A stretch of DNA of 64,000 bases, from the IMG/VR virus record IMGVR_UViG_3300025018_000091; one strand, given 5' to 3'. Below, in pieces: positions 35,539 through 45,738 of this stretch. The notes below the pieces were generated by a model. That model did not search any database, was not told where the DNA came from, and saw nothing but the letters and a program-made list of their open reading frames with translations. The position numbers and the translations under genes were made by a program. Source of the DNA: a virus. Taxonomy: Duplodnaviria; Caudoviricetes. Position 1 is the stretch's first letter. The number at the start of each line of letters is the position of its first letter.

Positions 35539-35611
35539 CTAAGTTAAGATGTTGCTAAAAACTATCGAACTTACAGACCTGATAGCGGGACTTACTTAAC
35601 GCCCTAGCTTA

Positions 35612-36349
35612 TTACCAAGTTTCTAAAACATTAAATTCTTTATCTTGTTCAGGCATTATTGTTTGAGTGCCGCCCATTCCTAATCTCTGACGAGCCTGCA
35701 TTAATATTGCTCTACCTTCTTGTATCAATTGTCTAATTTTTTGGTTACCAGGAGCACGAGCAGCAGCATCTGTCATTTGCTGTAATAAAGCTTCTACTTT
35801 CGGAATATATGCAAATGCTTGTTTCAAATTATCAGTTTCAGTTGCATTTTTTAATGCGTCAAATGTTTGTCTAATTGTTTCTTCACTACGTCTGGTAGTA
35901 GGTACACTTGGTTTAGTTACTGAAGCACCAGCAGGCATTTGTGCTGTTTCTGGAGAGGTTTCGGGTAAATTTGTTACTGAAGTTCTATATTGTTCAACTT
36001 CTTTTACTATATTACCAAGCTCATTTATTAATGTTCTAACCTTCAAGTATTTAGCTTTATCTAATTGTCCATTTTTATATCTATTATATGCGAACATAGG
36101 CAATATGCCTGCCATATATTTAGTATTAGCATAATCTGCACTTGGTAAAGCATGAGCATCTGCTGGTAATAGATCGCCTAATAATTGTTTAATTTCATCA
36201 AATTTTTGAGCAGCTCTACCAATAGTTGGTTTTATATCTCTTGGATCTAATTGTGCTACAGCATTAAGAAAATTTCTTTTTTTACCATATAATGATAATC
36301 TTTCAAATAATGCAGCTTTTTTAAGGATTATGTCAGCTTTTTTTACCAT
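35612..36349 (-). CDS. putative virion protein with propeptide
   Basis: KADIILKKAALFERL...NAVAQ. Confidence 0.65.
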   Translation of the reverse strand: MVKKADIILKKAALFERLSLYGKKRNFLNAVAQLDPRDIKPTIGRAAQKFDEIKQLLGDLLPADAHALPSADYANTKYMAGILPMFAYNRYKNGQLDKAKYLKVRTLINELGNIVKEVEQYRTSVTNLPETSPETAQMPAGASVTKPSVPTTRRSEETIRQTFDALKNATETDNLKQAFAYIPKVEALLQQMTDAAARAPGNQKIRQLIQEGRAILMQARQRLGMGGTQTIMPEQDKEFNVLETW

Positions 36350-36408
36350 TGTGTACCTTATATCGATAGACACTACTTTTTATACTTCATTATGCCATAA
36401 TAATGTTA

Positions 36409-36933
36409 TTATTTTCGATTAATGAAATCTTCATTGTTATATTCATTATCTATATTTGGCTCATGAACACCACTAGTGTCTGCGCTTTGCAATGCAAATA
36501 TACCACCTAAAGGTCTAGGGAATGGATATACACTAGGTGCTGGCAAATTTACAACGTATTCAGATCTATTATATCTGAGTAATTGATGGATTTCAAGTCG
36601 TTGTAGTGGAAGCGATAAACCTGGTGGTCCAAAATTATTTTTTTCTATGGTGGCAAGCCCCTGCTTGACAAAAATAACAACGTCCGCAAGTTCTCTGTTA
36701 GTGTAGTCACGGAAGTCCGGTCTAATTACCAAAATTCTTTGTTTCCATAAATGAACTATAGTTGGATAATTTGGATCAACTATAACTCTAGCATCGAATT
36801 CTTCACCAGTCATGGTTTCATCGATATATAGTTGAGACTCCAATGTGGCTTTTCCAACACTATCTAAATCACCATAAGTGTGACCATAGCCATCAGTGTT
36901 GCCATTAACAAATATAATTGCGGGCGGGAACAT
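36409..36933 (-). CDS. hypothetical protein
   Basis: Start MFPPAIIFVN; about 174 aa. Confidence 0.7.
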   Translation of the reverse strand: MFPPAIIFVNGNTDGYGHTYGDLDSVGKATLESQLYIDETMTGEEFDARVIVDPNYPTIVHLWKQRILVIRPDFRDYTNRELADVVIFVKQGLATIEKNNFGPPGLSLPLQRLEIHQLLRYNRSEYVVNLPAPSVYPFPRPLGGIFALQSADTSGVHEPNIDNEYNNEDFINRK

Positions 36934-37003
36934 AAATATATGATATTTTATCCCCTTGACTCGCAATTCATCATAATTAACTTATCGCAATGAGGAAAAT
37001 ATA

Positions 37004-37519
37004 ATGTTCGAACCAATTTTTAAATTTGCTATTCGAAAAGATTTGCAAGACAGTGAAATCTCCTTTCTTCCTACGCGTGCCACGCCACGTTCCGCTGGCT
37101 GGGATGTTCGTGCCGCACAACAAGATAGAAACCCAATAATTATAAGAGCTGGGATGATGGAAAAAATCCCATTGGGATTTAGAACTTTTTGTCCAGAAGG
37201 ATGGTGGTTTGAACTAAAACCAAGATCATCTACTTTTGCAAAGAAAAATCTCCATTGTTTATATGGAACGATTGATGAAGATTACGAAGGTCAATTAATA
37301 TTAGCAGTACAATATATTCCAAATTTACCTACAACTTCATATGCAAATTTTACGCCTGATTCTATACATATTGAATTTGGGGAAGCATTAGGACAAATCA
37401 TTCCTGTTAAAAGACAAGAGATGATTATTGAAAAAATACCAAATGAAGAATATGACTATTTATGTAAAAAACGCAATGCAGAAAGGGGAGCCGGAGGTTT
37501 CGGCTCTAGTGATAAATAA
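37004..37519 (+). CDS. dut: dUTPase (trimeric)
   Basis: SAGWDV, PRSST, GTIDEDYEG, QII, RGAGGFGSS motifs I-V. Confidence 0.93.
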   Translation: MFEPIFKFAIRKDLQDSEISFLPTRATPRSAGWDVRAAQQDRNPIIIRAGMMEKIPLGFRTFCPEGWWFELKPRSSTFAKKNLHCLYGTIDEDYEGQLILAVQYIPNLPTTSYANFTPDSIHIEFGEALGQIIPVKRQEMIIEKIPNEEYDYLCKKRNAERGAGGFGSSDK

Positions 37520-37520
37520 A

Positions 37521-38273
37521 ATGTCAAAAAAATCAATAGTAAAAGTAATTAAAGATATTGATTTATCAAAATTTCCTCCTACGGCAACTCCTGAACAAGA
37601 AGAAGCTATAAAGGAATTCTACGATAAACATAAAGAATTAAAAACTATTCCACAAGAGTTTGTTGGAACTGGAGATAGAAAATATAGAGTTAATGAACCG
37701 TGGATCCAGACATATACTGGAAGACGTTTTTCTCCAACAAATCCCGTTGTTGACGCAATTGTTATAGAAGACATAGCCCATCCCTTATCTATGCAATGTA
37801 GATTTAGTGGACATGTTAAAGAATTCTATTCAGTAGCGCAGCACTCAGTATTAGTTAGTTATATTTGCGATACTAAAGATGCTCTATGGGGATTACTTCA
37901 TGATGCATCAGAGGCTTATCTAGTAGATATTCCTAGACCAATAAAACAATCCGGTAAGTTTGATAATTATATGGAATTTGAGAAAGTTATGCAGGCAGCT
38001 GTATGTGAGAAATTTGGTCTTCCAAAAGATATGCCAAAGTCTGTAAAAATGGCAGATGATATGCTATTAATGACAGAAGCTAGAGATTTTATGTCTCCTT
38101 TACATACCGGGTGGACAAAGCCATGTGAGCCAATTCCATTTAAAATTGTGCCAATAACACATGAAAAAGCAAAAGTAGCCTTCTTAAGGAGATATTGTGA
38201 GCTTACAGGTGAAGCATTTACTTTATTTGATCCATCTTCAGGTGATTTAGAAGCAATAATATCTAAAAGTTAG
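37521..38273 (+). CDS. HD-domain 5'-deoxynucleotidase-like protein (YfbR/YfdR-like)
   Basis: IQTYTG..F.P, IEDIAH.LS..CRF.GH...FYSVAQHS, LLHDASEAY. Confidence 0.88.
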   Translation: MSKKSIVKVIKDIDLSKFPPTATPEQEEAIKEFYDKHKELKTIPQEFVGTGDRKYRVNEPWIQTYTGRRFSPTNPVVDAIVIEDIAHPLSMQCRFSGHVKEFYSVAQHSVLVSYICDTKDALWGLLHDASEAYLVDIPRPIKQSGKFDNYMEFEKVMQAAVCEKFGLPKDMPKSVKMADDMLLMTEARDFMSPLHTGWTKPCEPIPFKIVPITHEKAKVAFLRRYCELTGEAFTLFDPSSGDLEAIISKS

Positions 38274-38286
38274 ATATAAATAAAGT

Positions 38287-38622
38287 ATGACTGATATTAA
38301 TGAAAATCAAAAGTGCAAGATCTGTAAAAAGATAGCTGGTAAAAATCCCAAACTTCAATGGGTAACAAAAGATTTATGTTTTGATTGCTATAATAAGCCA
38401 AAACCTAAGTTTTATTATGACGTAAAAGTTGATGTAATGTTACCAGCAATTCTTAATTACAGGGTTTTAGCAGAAGATGCTGAACAAGCGGCTAATATGA
38501 TTAAAAATATTCAGCCGAATGCTGTCAATTATAAGTTAATAGGCAAAAGAGAATTAAAATTGACTGTCTATGATGCTGGCTGTACTGTTATTAAGTTCAT
38601 GAAGAATTTAATGGGGAGATGA
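38287..38622 (+). CDS. hypothetical protein with CxxC motifs
   Basis: CKIC...CFDC. Confidence 0.7.
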   Translation: MTDINENQKCKICKKIAGKNPKLQWVTKDLCFDCYNKPKPKFYYDVKVDVMLPAILNYRVLAEDAEQAANMIKNIQPNAVNYKLIGKRELKLTVYDAGCTVIKFMKNLMGR

Positions 38623-38623
38623 T

Positions 38624-39118
38624 ATGTTTGACAGCTTTTTAAAAAGAGTGCCTATCGGTAATAGGAGAGGGGTAATTACTACCACGACTATACCAGCCAA
38701 TGTTCCTATATGTGAAATTAAGGGAAATACAATAACTTTTGATAAACTAAAAACATTAAAAGAAAATGAGAATGATGCGCTTCAAATTGGTCCAAATGTT
38801 TATTTGGCTCCATCAGGAAACATCACCGATCATATAAGACATAGCTGTAATCCTAATTGTATGCTACATGTTGCTGGAAGTAGATCTATTCTATATTCTA
38901 GATATGTGATTGCTGCTAATTCTGAGATTACATTTGATTATTCATCTACTTCTACTGAAGACCCTGATACTTGGGAGATGAAATGTACCTGTAAATCATT
39001 TAATTGTAGAAAAACAATTAGTGGTTTTCAACATTTAGATAGCAAAATTCAAGAAGAATATAAACAAAAAGGTATTGCTGCTTTGTTTATTAGAGCACCA
39101 ATATTTCTAAAAAAGTAA
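38624..39118 (+). CDS. SET-domain (lysine methyltransferase-like) protein with post-SET motif
   Basis: G..GV.TT..IP, RHSCNPNC, I.A.SEITFDY, post-SET CTCKSFNCRK. Confidence 0.88.
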   Translation: MFDSFLKRVPIGNRRGVITTTTIPANVPICEIKGNTITFDKLKTLKENENDALQIGPNVYLAPSGNITDHIRHSCNPNCMLHVAGSRSILYSRYVIAANSEITFDYSSTSTEDPDTWEMKCTCKSFNCRKTISGFQHLDSKIQEEYKQKGIAALFIRAPIFLKK

Positions 39119-39131
39119 GAAAGATAAAACT

Positions 39132-39773
39132 ATGGGTTTACATTTTTATGTAGTAGATACTGAAACTACAGGTTTAAAAGCAAATCATCATGAAGTTACT
39201 GAAATAGGTATAATTCGTTATAATGATAGAGTACAGTTACATAGGTGCGTGAAATGCGAATATCCTGAAAGAGCAAGTTTTGATGCTCTAAAGATAACCA
39301 AGAAGACAATGGCAGATCTTGAAAAAGGTCATAATAAAGCTGCTGTAATTGCTGAATGTAATAAGTTTTTTGCAGAAGACGGAGCCACGCCATCTGCAAG
39401 AGTAATTATTGGACACAATATAATATCATTTGATAAAAGATTTTTACATGCAATGTGGGAAAGCGAAGGTCAAGAATTTCCAGCTCATTTATGGTTAGAT
39501 ACTATCGCATTAACAAAAGAATTCCTAAAAAAAGAAGGAATAAAAACCAGAATTGTTAATTTACATGCTTCATGTGATTATGTAGGAATTAAGAAATTGT
39601 CAGAAGCCCACAATGCTAAAGTGGATAGTAGAAATAATTATCTACTATATAGAGGATTGATTGAAGATAAAAAGATAGATTATCTACCATTTATTAAATC
39701 TTTCCCTCATATATTATCACCAGTAATGGCATCAGATGACGATGGGTTAGATCCTGATTTATTAGATATATGA
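39132..39773 (+). CDS. DEDDh 3'-5' exonuclease (DnaQ-like)
   Basis: VDTETTG, GHNIISFD, AHNAKVDS. Confidence 0.88.
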   Translation: MGLHFYVVDTETTGLKANHHEVTEIGIIRYNDRVQLHRCVKCEYPERASFDALKITKKTMADLEKGHNKAAVIAECNKFFAEDGATPSARVIIGHNIISFDKRFLHAMWESEGQEFPAHLWLDTIALTKEFLKKEGIKTRIVNLHASCDYVGIKKLSEAHNAKVDSRNNYLLYRGLIEDKKIDYLPFIKSFPHILSPVMASDDDGLDPDLLDI

Positions 39774-40423
39774 AGAGTCCCAGTTTAGAATCTCTGTATT
39801 CAACATTACATAAACATATGCTTATGGTAGAATCCTATACAGAGATTCCTAACATTACATTTATATTTAAAGCTTGTAGACTAAAGCCATATACTTATTT
39901 CTTTGAGAAAAAGAACAATAAGATTGTATTATATACGTGGTGGTTTGATGAGTTTGGAAACTCATTCAAACTACTTAAAAATAGAAAGTTACAAATAATT
40001 TATGGTGACTTATCTATAGACAGGAATAAATTAGTATGTACTGATTTATATTACGGTCTAGATCTTAAAAAAATAGCTAAGATTAGCAAGTTTGCTTACA
40101 TAAGTTATGGAATAGATGAGGATATGTACCAAGATTGTATATTAATATCAATGTTGGGAATAGATAACTATTTTAGAACATATTTATATCTATATGGATA
40201 TTGGCAGCAAGTGTCTACACTTCTTTTAGGGACAAAAAATTTGAAAATAATTTCTAAAAATTTGGACTTAAATTATCATAAAGCGCTGTCAAATACAGAA
40301 AATTTGCGACTGCCTTGCAGCGAGGCGCAAACGTGGTTAACTTCTTTACCGATTAAAGAGGATTTTTTTCAAACCTTGGAGAAACAATGTGGTATTGTTT
40401 CATCTATAATCAAACAATACTGA
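39770..40423 (+). CDS. hypothetical protein
   Basis: 217-aa ORF with ATGA overlap. Confidence 0.7.
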   Translation: MKSPSLESLYSTLHKHMLMVESYTEIPNITFIFKACRLKPYTYFFEKKNNKIVLYTWWFDEFGNSFKLLKNRKLQIIYGDLSIDRNKLVCTDLYYGLDLKKIAKISKFAYISYGIDEDMYQDCILISMLGIDNYFRTYLYLYGYWQQVSTLLLGTKNLKIISKNLDLNYHKALSNTENLRLPCSEAQTWLTSLPIKEDFFQTLEKQCGIVSSIIKQY

Positions 40424-40442
40424 GAGGAATAGAGTATAACAT

Positions 40443-40673
40443 ATGGCAAATCGTGATAGGGTAGAATTTGAAGGAGACGTAATTGATTCAAACAAAGGTA
40501 AATTCAAAGTAAAAGTTAGCGAAACATACGTTGTTATGTGTACGTTAAGCGGAAAGATTAGACAAAATTCTGTAAAAATCCTTCTCGGTGATCGAGTGAA
40601 AATCGAGGTATCAGAATATGATACCTCAATGGGAAGAATTACTTATAGAATGAAACAAGCTCAACAATATTAA
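40443..40673 (+). CDS. infA: translation initiation factor IF-1
   Basis: EFEGDV...F.V...SGKIRQNSVKILLGDRVKIEVSEYD...GRITYR. Confidence 0.93.
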   Translation: MANRDRVEFEGDVIDSNKGKFKVKVSETYVVMCTLSGKIRQNSVKILLGDRVKIEVSEYDTSMGRITYRMKQAQQY

Positions 40674-41929
40674 GTTAAACCTTGACTTAAGTTTTTTATA
40701 AAATCTGTAATCTTAGTCATTATAGTTTTTCTCTCTGGAGAAATAGGGGTGGTTTGTGTTAATTCACTTCCGCTTGCTGGGCTTGAAACTGGTTTTGGTT
40801 TAGCGGGGGTTGGGTTTTTAGGCTCATATATGCTAATACCTGTTGGTTTATTGCTATGCTTTTCTTTTCTAGCAATATAAGTAATACCATTACTTAATGT
40901 AATAGTTATTTCAGAACCTAATGGTCTATTAAGTAAAGATTTAGCACGCGATTCAGCTTCACCAACAATAGATGGTGGTAATTGAGCAGACTTAAATCCA
41001 GGTGGCGGTCCTTTTTTATTGCTATTTATAATATAACTACGAGAACCGCTACCAGGAGAAAATGTAAGAGCTGATGATAGATCTTTATCTTCTAACGCCT
41101 TATCTAAAGTAGTATATTCTACTGTGCCATCTTTAGATGTTACAGTTACATTACCATTATCTATACCCCTTAAAAAAGTAATATACTCCTGTTGACTTAA
41201 ATCATGGGGAGTTGTTCCAATTCCACCTTGTGTTGGTTTACCTCCAGGCGTAGCCCAAATTCCATAATAAGCGGCTCTATTTTCTTTACCAGGTTCCGGC
41301 TGAACGATAGATTTAGCAAAACCATCAACTGGTTTTGATTGATCGATTTTATCTCTATTGGCAAGCTGTGAGTTAACTATATCATTATAAGCTATGGTAG
41401 CTCTAGGATCACTAATTAAGTTATCTACCACATCTTGTGGAGTATATTTTTTACCATCTATTTCAACACCAGACCCACTTAAAGGTTTAGCTGGCACTTG
41501 TTCAGAATTTCTATAAACTTCATCTGCCATTTTAGCAGTAGGTAATGACATTCCAAAATGTTGAGCAATTCTTTGTGCAATTGGTGGAGAAGGTGATACA
41601 CGAACACCATCAATAGTAAAGAAGTCTTGCATAGCCATAAAGGTTATCTTTCTTCCATCTTTAGTAGTAACTGTTACTGGAACCATTTTTGGTGGCGGCT
41701 GTTGAATTGCATACTGATAGATTAAACGATCTCTATCTTGTGGAGTTTTAGCTTTAGCGTACAATTCTTTAAAAGAAGGCTGTTTTTCGGACTCTTTTGA
41801 AGGATCAATTTTAGCAAATTTAGATATAGTGTCTTTGTTTTTAATGGTACGCAAAGCATATTTATATACTAAAGCACGACGTTCTGATTCTGTATCTAAT
41901 TTAGCTAATTTTTCTTTTAAAGTTACCAT
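40670..41929 (-). CDS. hypothetical protein containing a diverged copy of the domain in 41991-42740
   Basis: PPIAQRIAQHFGMSLPTAKMADEVY resembles PLTAQKIADQYDCSLPTRKMVIDIW. Confidence 0.7.
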   Translation of the reverse strand: MVTLKEKLAKLDTESERRALVYKYALRTIKNKDTISKFAKIDPSKESEKQPSFKELYAKAKTPQDRDRLIYQYAIQQPPPKMVPVTVTTKDGRKITFMAMQDFFTIDGVRVSPSPPIAQRIAQHFGMSLPTAKMADEVYRNSEQVPAKPLSGSGVEIDGKKYTPQDVVDNLISDPRATIAYNDIVNSQLANRDKIDQSKPVDGFAKSIVQPEPGKENRAAYYGIWATPGGKPTQGGIGTTPHDLSQQEYITFLRGIDNGNVTVTSKDGTVEYTTLDKALEDKDLSSALTFSPGSGSRSYIINSNKKGPPPGFKSAQLPPSIVGEAESRAKSLLNRPLGSEITITLSNGITYIARKEKHSNKPTGISIYEPKNPTPAKPKPVSSPASGSELTQTTPISPERKTIMTKITDFIKNLSQGLT

Positions 41930-41990
41930 GATATCTCTTTAGTATTTTTGAAAGGTTAGAATTATTGAACTGGATTATGCTTCCATATTA

Positions 41991-42740
41991 TTAGTATTTA
42001 ACAAATGTTAAAATACCTTCATCACTAATAAGATAAGATAATGTAGCATCATTATATATATCTTGTATTCTAACTGGAGAATGATTAAGCATAGCATCAT
42101 TAGCAACTAATCTAATTCCATGACTATAATCTTCATAAGTATCTTCATGACTCCAGTAATTCAATCCTTGAATTGGTTTTCCGTTTGATTGAATCCACCC
42201 AAATATAACTACCTTTTTATTTGGATTGTTTGGGGCAATCTTGTTGCTTAATACAACATCTTTTTTGTGCCCAGATATAAGTTTAGATATGTCTTTGCCT
42301 ACAAGCTGATTTTGAATTCTTTGATTATGTATCTGTATTCTGTTAGTGCTCATCATACTAGCATCATATGGAGGTCCCCAAGGCAAAGGAGCTAATTGAT
42401 AAGTTGATTGCTTCCAAATATCAATCACCATTTTTCTAGTTGGTAAAGAGCAATCATATTGATCTGCTATTTTTTGAGCCGTCAAAGGATTCATGGGCAT
42501 TCTAACATAATCAGAATCAGACCCTATGGATATATAATCAGAACTAACCAAATAAGTTAAAGTATTATTATCATCAGTAACAGTAATTTGAGTAAATTTT
42601 CTAAGAAAATCTGGTATATTTCCATCAAGAAATTCTTTAAGAATATTAGTTTCTCTCACAGATCGATTTACATTCATATTGTTATTAATGAATTCTGTAC
42701 CAAAAACTGCATTAGGTTGTCTTAGGGCTATCAAAGTCAT
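41991..42740 (-). CDS. uncharacterised putative enzyme
   Basis: SGHKKDVV, IFGW...G.PIQ, HEDTYEDYSHGIRLV conserved-looking His/Asp motifs. Confidence 0.7.
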   Translation of the reverse strand: MTLIALRQPNAVFGTEFINNNMNVNRSVRETNILKEFLDGNIPDFLRKFTQITVTDDNNTLTYLVSSDYISIGSDSDYVRMPMNPLTAQKIADQYDCSLPTRKMVIDIWKQSTYQLAPLPWGPPYDASMMSTNRIQIHNQRIQNQLVGKDISKLISGHKKDVVLSNKIAPNNPNKKVVIFGWIQSNGKPIQGLNYWSHEDTYEDYSHGIRLVANDAMLNHSPVRIQDIYNDATLSYLISDEGILTFVKY

Positions 42741-42766
42741 AATAACATGCAGTTATAATAGAAGGG

Positions 42767-43078
42767 TTAAGTTTTGAATATATCTTTTAGTATAATATGA
42801 ACGCCTAAAATATTATTAAGCTTTTCAACAAACCTTTCTACTGTATTGATTAAATTAGGTTTTTCTTGATAAGCTTTTTGGTCTATATATGGAGATTTTA
42901 AGTCCGGAAATGTTACCTCTAAATTACATATAGGCTCATCAACACTTGCATGAAATTTTAGATCTTGAATACATCCAACAGTTTCATCACCAATAGTAAA
43001 GATTACATTACTAGGTTTAATTTGATTATTATCATCCAATGTAATAATTATTTTTAATTCTTTGGTACTATTTGTCAT
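42767..43078 (-). CDS. hypothetical protein
   Basis: 103-aa ORF, GGAG RBS. Confidence 0.65.
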   Translation of the reverse strand: MTNSTKELKIIITLDDNNQIKPSNVIFTIGDETVGCIQDLKFHASVDEPICNLEVTFPDLKSPYIDQKAYQEKPNLINTVERFVEKLNNILGVHIILKDIFKT

Positions 43079-43264
43079 AATTGTCTCCCTTGACAGTTAT
43101 TTAGAAATGATTATATAGTTATATATAACAAACTCAATGTTTTTAGATAACCATTCGATTAGAGACTTAGCAGATTTTTTATTGGTTACACATTTTACAT
43201 GAAAATCTTAAGCTTTACAAACAATGATATATGATGTATTATTGATGCCACAAAGGAATTATTT

Positions 43265-44275
43265 ATGTCTTATAGTATTAGGGATGGACTTACTTTTGAT
43301 GATGTCCTGCTTGTTCCGCAACATTCTGAGGGAGACAGTAGATCTAATGTTGATATTTCTGTTACAATTAAAGATATAATATACTCCCATCCTATTATTC
43401 CTGCCAATATGCAGACAATAACTGGTCATGAAATGGCTCAGTCTGTATCAAGAAGTGGAGGATTAGCACTTATTCACAGATTTATGCCAATAGAAGATCA
43501 GTTAAAAATAGCAAAAGCTGAAGGTGATAGATCTAAATCTATTGGGTTTTCTATTGGTGTTAAAGAAGAACATAAAGAAAATATTAAAATGTTTTATGAT
43601 CTGGGTGCCAGGATATTTTGTATAGACATAGCGCATGGAGATTCTGATAGTGCAATTAAAATGACGCAATGGATAAGTGATAAATATCTTGATGCTATTA
43701 TTATTGCAGGAAATGTAGCAACTGGTCATGGAGCTAAAAGGCTATGGCGGGCTGGTGCTGATATAGTAAAAGTCGGTGTTGGACCGGGAAGTTTATGCAC
43801 TACAAGAATAGAAACTGGAAATGGTGTTCCTCAATTAACAGCATTAATGGATGTTGCTGAAGCTAAAAAAGATTTACCATATCCAGAGTCCGTTTTTATT
43901 ATAGCTGATGGTGGGATTAAAAATGCTGGCGATATCGTTAAAGCGTTATGCTTTGCTGATATGGTAATGGCAGGAAATATATTCGCTGGCTGTAATGAAA
44001 CTCCGGGTACAATTTTATCTATTATGGGTAAAACCTATAAAGAATATAAAGGTAGTTCTACACATAAAACTAATCATGTTGAAGGTGTGGCAGCTATTGT
44101 GCCAACTAAAGGATCATATATAAATGTCCTTAATAAATTATTAGAAGGTTTACGTTCTGGTTGTTCGTATCAAGGCGCACATAATCTACAAGAATTAAAA
44201 GAAAATCCAGAGTTTGTCAAAATAACAAATGCTGGATTAGTTGAAAGTCACCCCCATAATATCATTATGGGATAA
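43265..44275 (+). CDS. GMP reductase / IMP dehydrogenase family protein (no CBS subdomain)
   Basis: [32 protein letters not shown] (catalytic Cys), IIADGGI. Confidence 0.9.
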   Translation: MSYSIRDGLTFDDVLLVPQHSEGDSRSNVDISVTIKDIIYSHPIIPANMQTITGHEMAQSVSRSGGLALIHRFMPIEDQLKIAKAEGDRSKSIGFSIGVKEEHKENIKMFYDLGARIFCIDIAHGDSDSAIKMTQWISDKYLDAIIIAGNVATGHGAKRLWRAGADIVKVGVGPGSLCTTRIETGNGVPQLTALMDVAEAKKDLPYPESVFIIADGGIKNAGDIVKALCFADMVMAGNIFAGCNETPGTILSIMGKTYKEYKGSSTHKTNHVEGVAAIVPTKGSYINVLNKLLEGLRSGCSYQGAHNLQELKENPEFVKITNAGLVESHPHNIIMG

Positions 44276-44286
44276 GGAAAATAAAT

Positions 44287-44478
44287 ATGGATACTATGAA
44301 AATAGTTAGAGCTATAGTAGCGATTTTTACACTGTTAGTATTTCTTGGATGTTGGTTCTTAGCAATTATGACATTCATATCAGGTAGCTATATGGTAGGT
44401 TTTGCAATATCTGTTGTTGCATCAATGCTAGGGTATTTTATAGTTAATGATTATATGAAGTATTTTAAGGGGCAATGA
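44287..44478 (+). CDS. small two-TM membrane protein
   Basis: Two hydrophobic segments. Confidence 0.7.
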   Translation: MDTMKIVRAIVAIFTLLVFLGCWFLAIMTFISGSYMVGFAISVVASMLGYFIVNDYMKYFKGQ

Positions 44479-44479
44479 T

Positions 44480-45346
44480 ATGAATAATCAGACAAATGAT
44501 GAAAAGAATTATTTAAAACTACTTAACAAAATATTAACTTCTGGTGAAGAGTCTTTAGACAGAACAGGTGTTGGGACTTTTAGATTATTTGGAGAAAAAT
44601 TATCATTTTCTCTAGAAAATGATGCAATCCCGCTCATAACAACTAAACGAATGTTTATAAGAGGCATTGTTGAAGAGTTACTGTTTTTCTTAAGAGGAGA
44701 ATCTGATACTAAAAAACTAGAAGCTAAAGGGGTGAAAATCTGGAAGGGTAATACAACCAGAGAGTTTCTTGATAAAAGAGGATTACATTATCTCCCCGAA
44801 GGAAATATGGGTAAAATGTATGGAAAACAATGGAGAGATTGGGGAGGAACAAAAGATAAAAAGGGTATAGATCAAATTTCTGAAACGATTAATCTCTTAA
44901 AAAAAGATCCATATAGTCGTAGAATTACTGTTAGTGCTTTAAATGTAGCAGAACTCCCAGAAATGTCTTTACATCCATGTCATCCATTATTTCAGTTTTA
45001 TGTTAATGATGATAAATTATCATGTTTATTTTTTATGAGATCTGTAGATATGTTTTTAGGTTTTCCATTTAACATTACAAGTTATGCTATACTTACACAT
45101 ATTATAGCAAAAATTACTAATTTAAAATCACATAGACTGATTTTTATGAGTGGGGATACACATATTTACAAAAATCATATAGAACAGGTAAAAGAACAGA
45201 TTTCGCGAGAACCGTACGATTTTCCAACCTTAAGAATCACAAAAGAACTAAACTCAATAGAGGACATTGAATCTCTAGAATTTAAAGATTTTGTAATTGA
45301 AGGATATAAAAGTCATCCCTCTATTAAGGCAGAAATGGCTGTATAA
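44480..45346 (+). CDS. thyA: thymidylate synthase
   Basis: DRTGVGT, ELLFFLRG, LHPCH (catalytic Cys), RSVDMFLGFPFNI, GDTHIY, HPSIKAEMAV. Confidence 0.96.
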   Translation: MNNQTNDEKNYLKLLNKILTSGEESLDRTGVGTFRLFGEKLSFSLENDAIPLITTKRMFIRGIVEELLFFLRGESDTKKLEAKGVKIWKGNTTREFLDKRGLHYLPEGNMGKMYGKQWRDWGGTKDKKGIDQISETINLLKKDPYSRRITVSALNVAELPEMSLHPCHPLFQFYVNDDKLSCLFFMRSVDMFLGFPFNITSYAILTHIIAKITNLKSHRLIFMSGDTHIYKNHIEQVKEQISREPYDFPTLRITKELNSIEDIESLEFKDFVIEGYKSHPSIKAEMAV

Positions 45347-45738
45347 TGGCTAATATACCCGGACTATTCTATACTTTACCTGGAGTTACATACGCTACTG
45401 TGGCTGAAGAACCTCCAAAAGATTATGTGTTTACACATAATAATACTACACTAACTATAACTATAGATGGATCTATAATCATTGATGGAAATTATAGAGA
45501 TGCAGCAAAGGCATTATTTAATCACGTATTAGAGCGACTAGATTACTTAGATAGCGATAGAACTATATTGCCAAATAAAAAACTGACCTTCATGAAATTG
45601 AATAAGGTCAGCTTAAGTCTTGATAAAAAGATAATATTATCTTATCCTTGGGCAAAAGGCGATGACCCTGTGCCAGAGGAATTTTTTCGTTTACGAATAG
45701 AATTTGATAAACTAACAAAACTAATGGTATTCATATGA
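45346..45738 (+). CDS. hypothetical protein with F-tail, between thyA and folA
   Basis: Ends FDKLTKLMVFI*. Confidence 0.7.
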   Translation: MANIPGLFYTLPGVTYATVAEEPPKDYVFTHNNTTLTITIDGSIIIDGNYRDAAKALFNHVLERLDYLDSDRTILPNKKLTFMKLNKVSLSLDKKIILSYPWAKGDDPVPEEFFRLRIEFDKLTKLMVFI

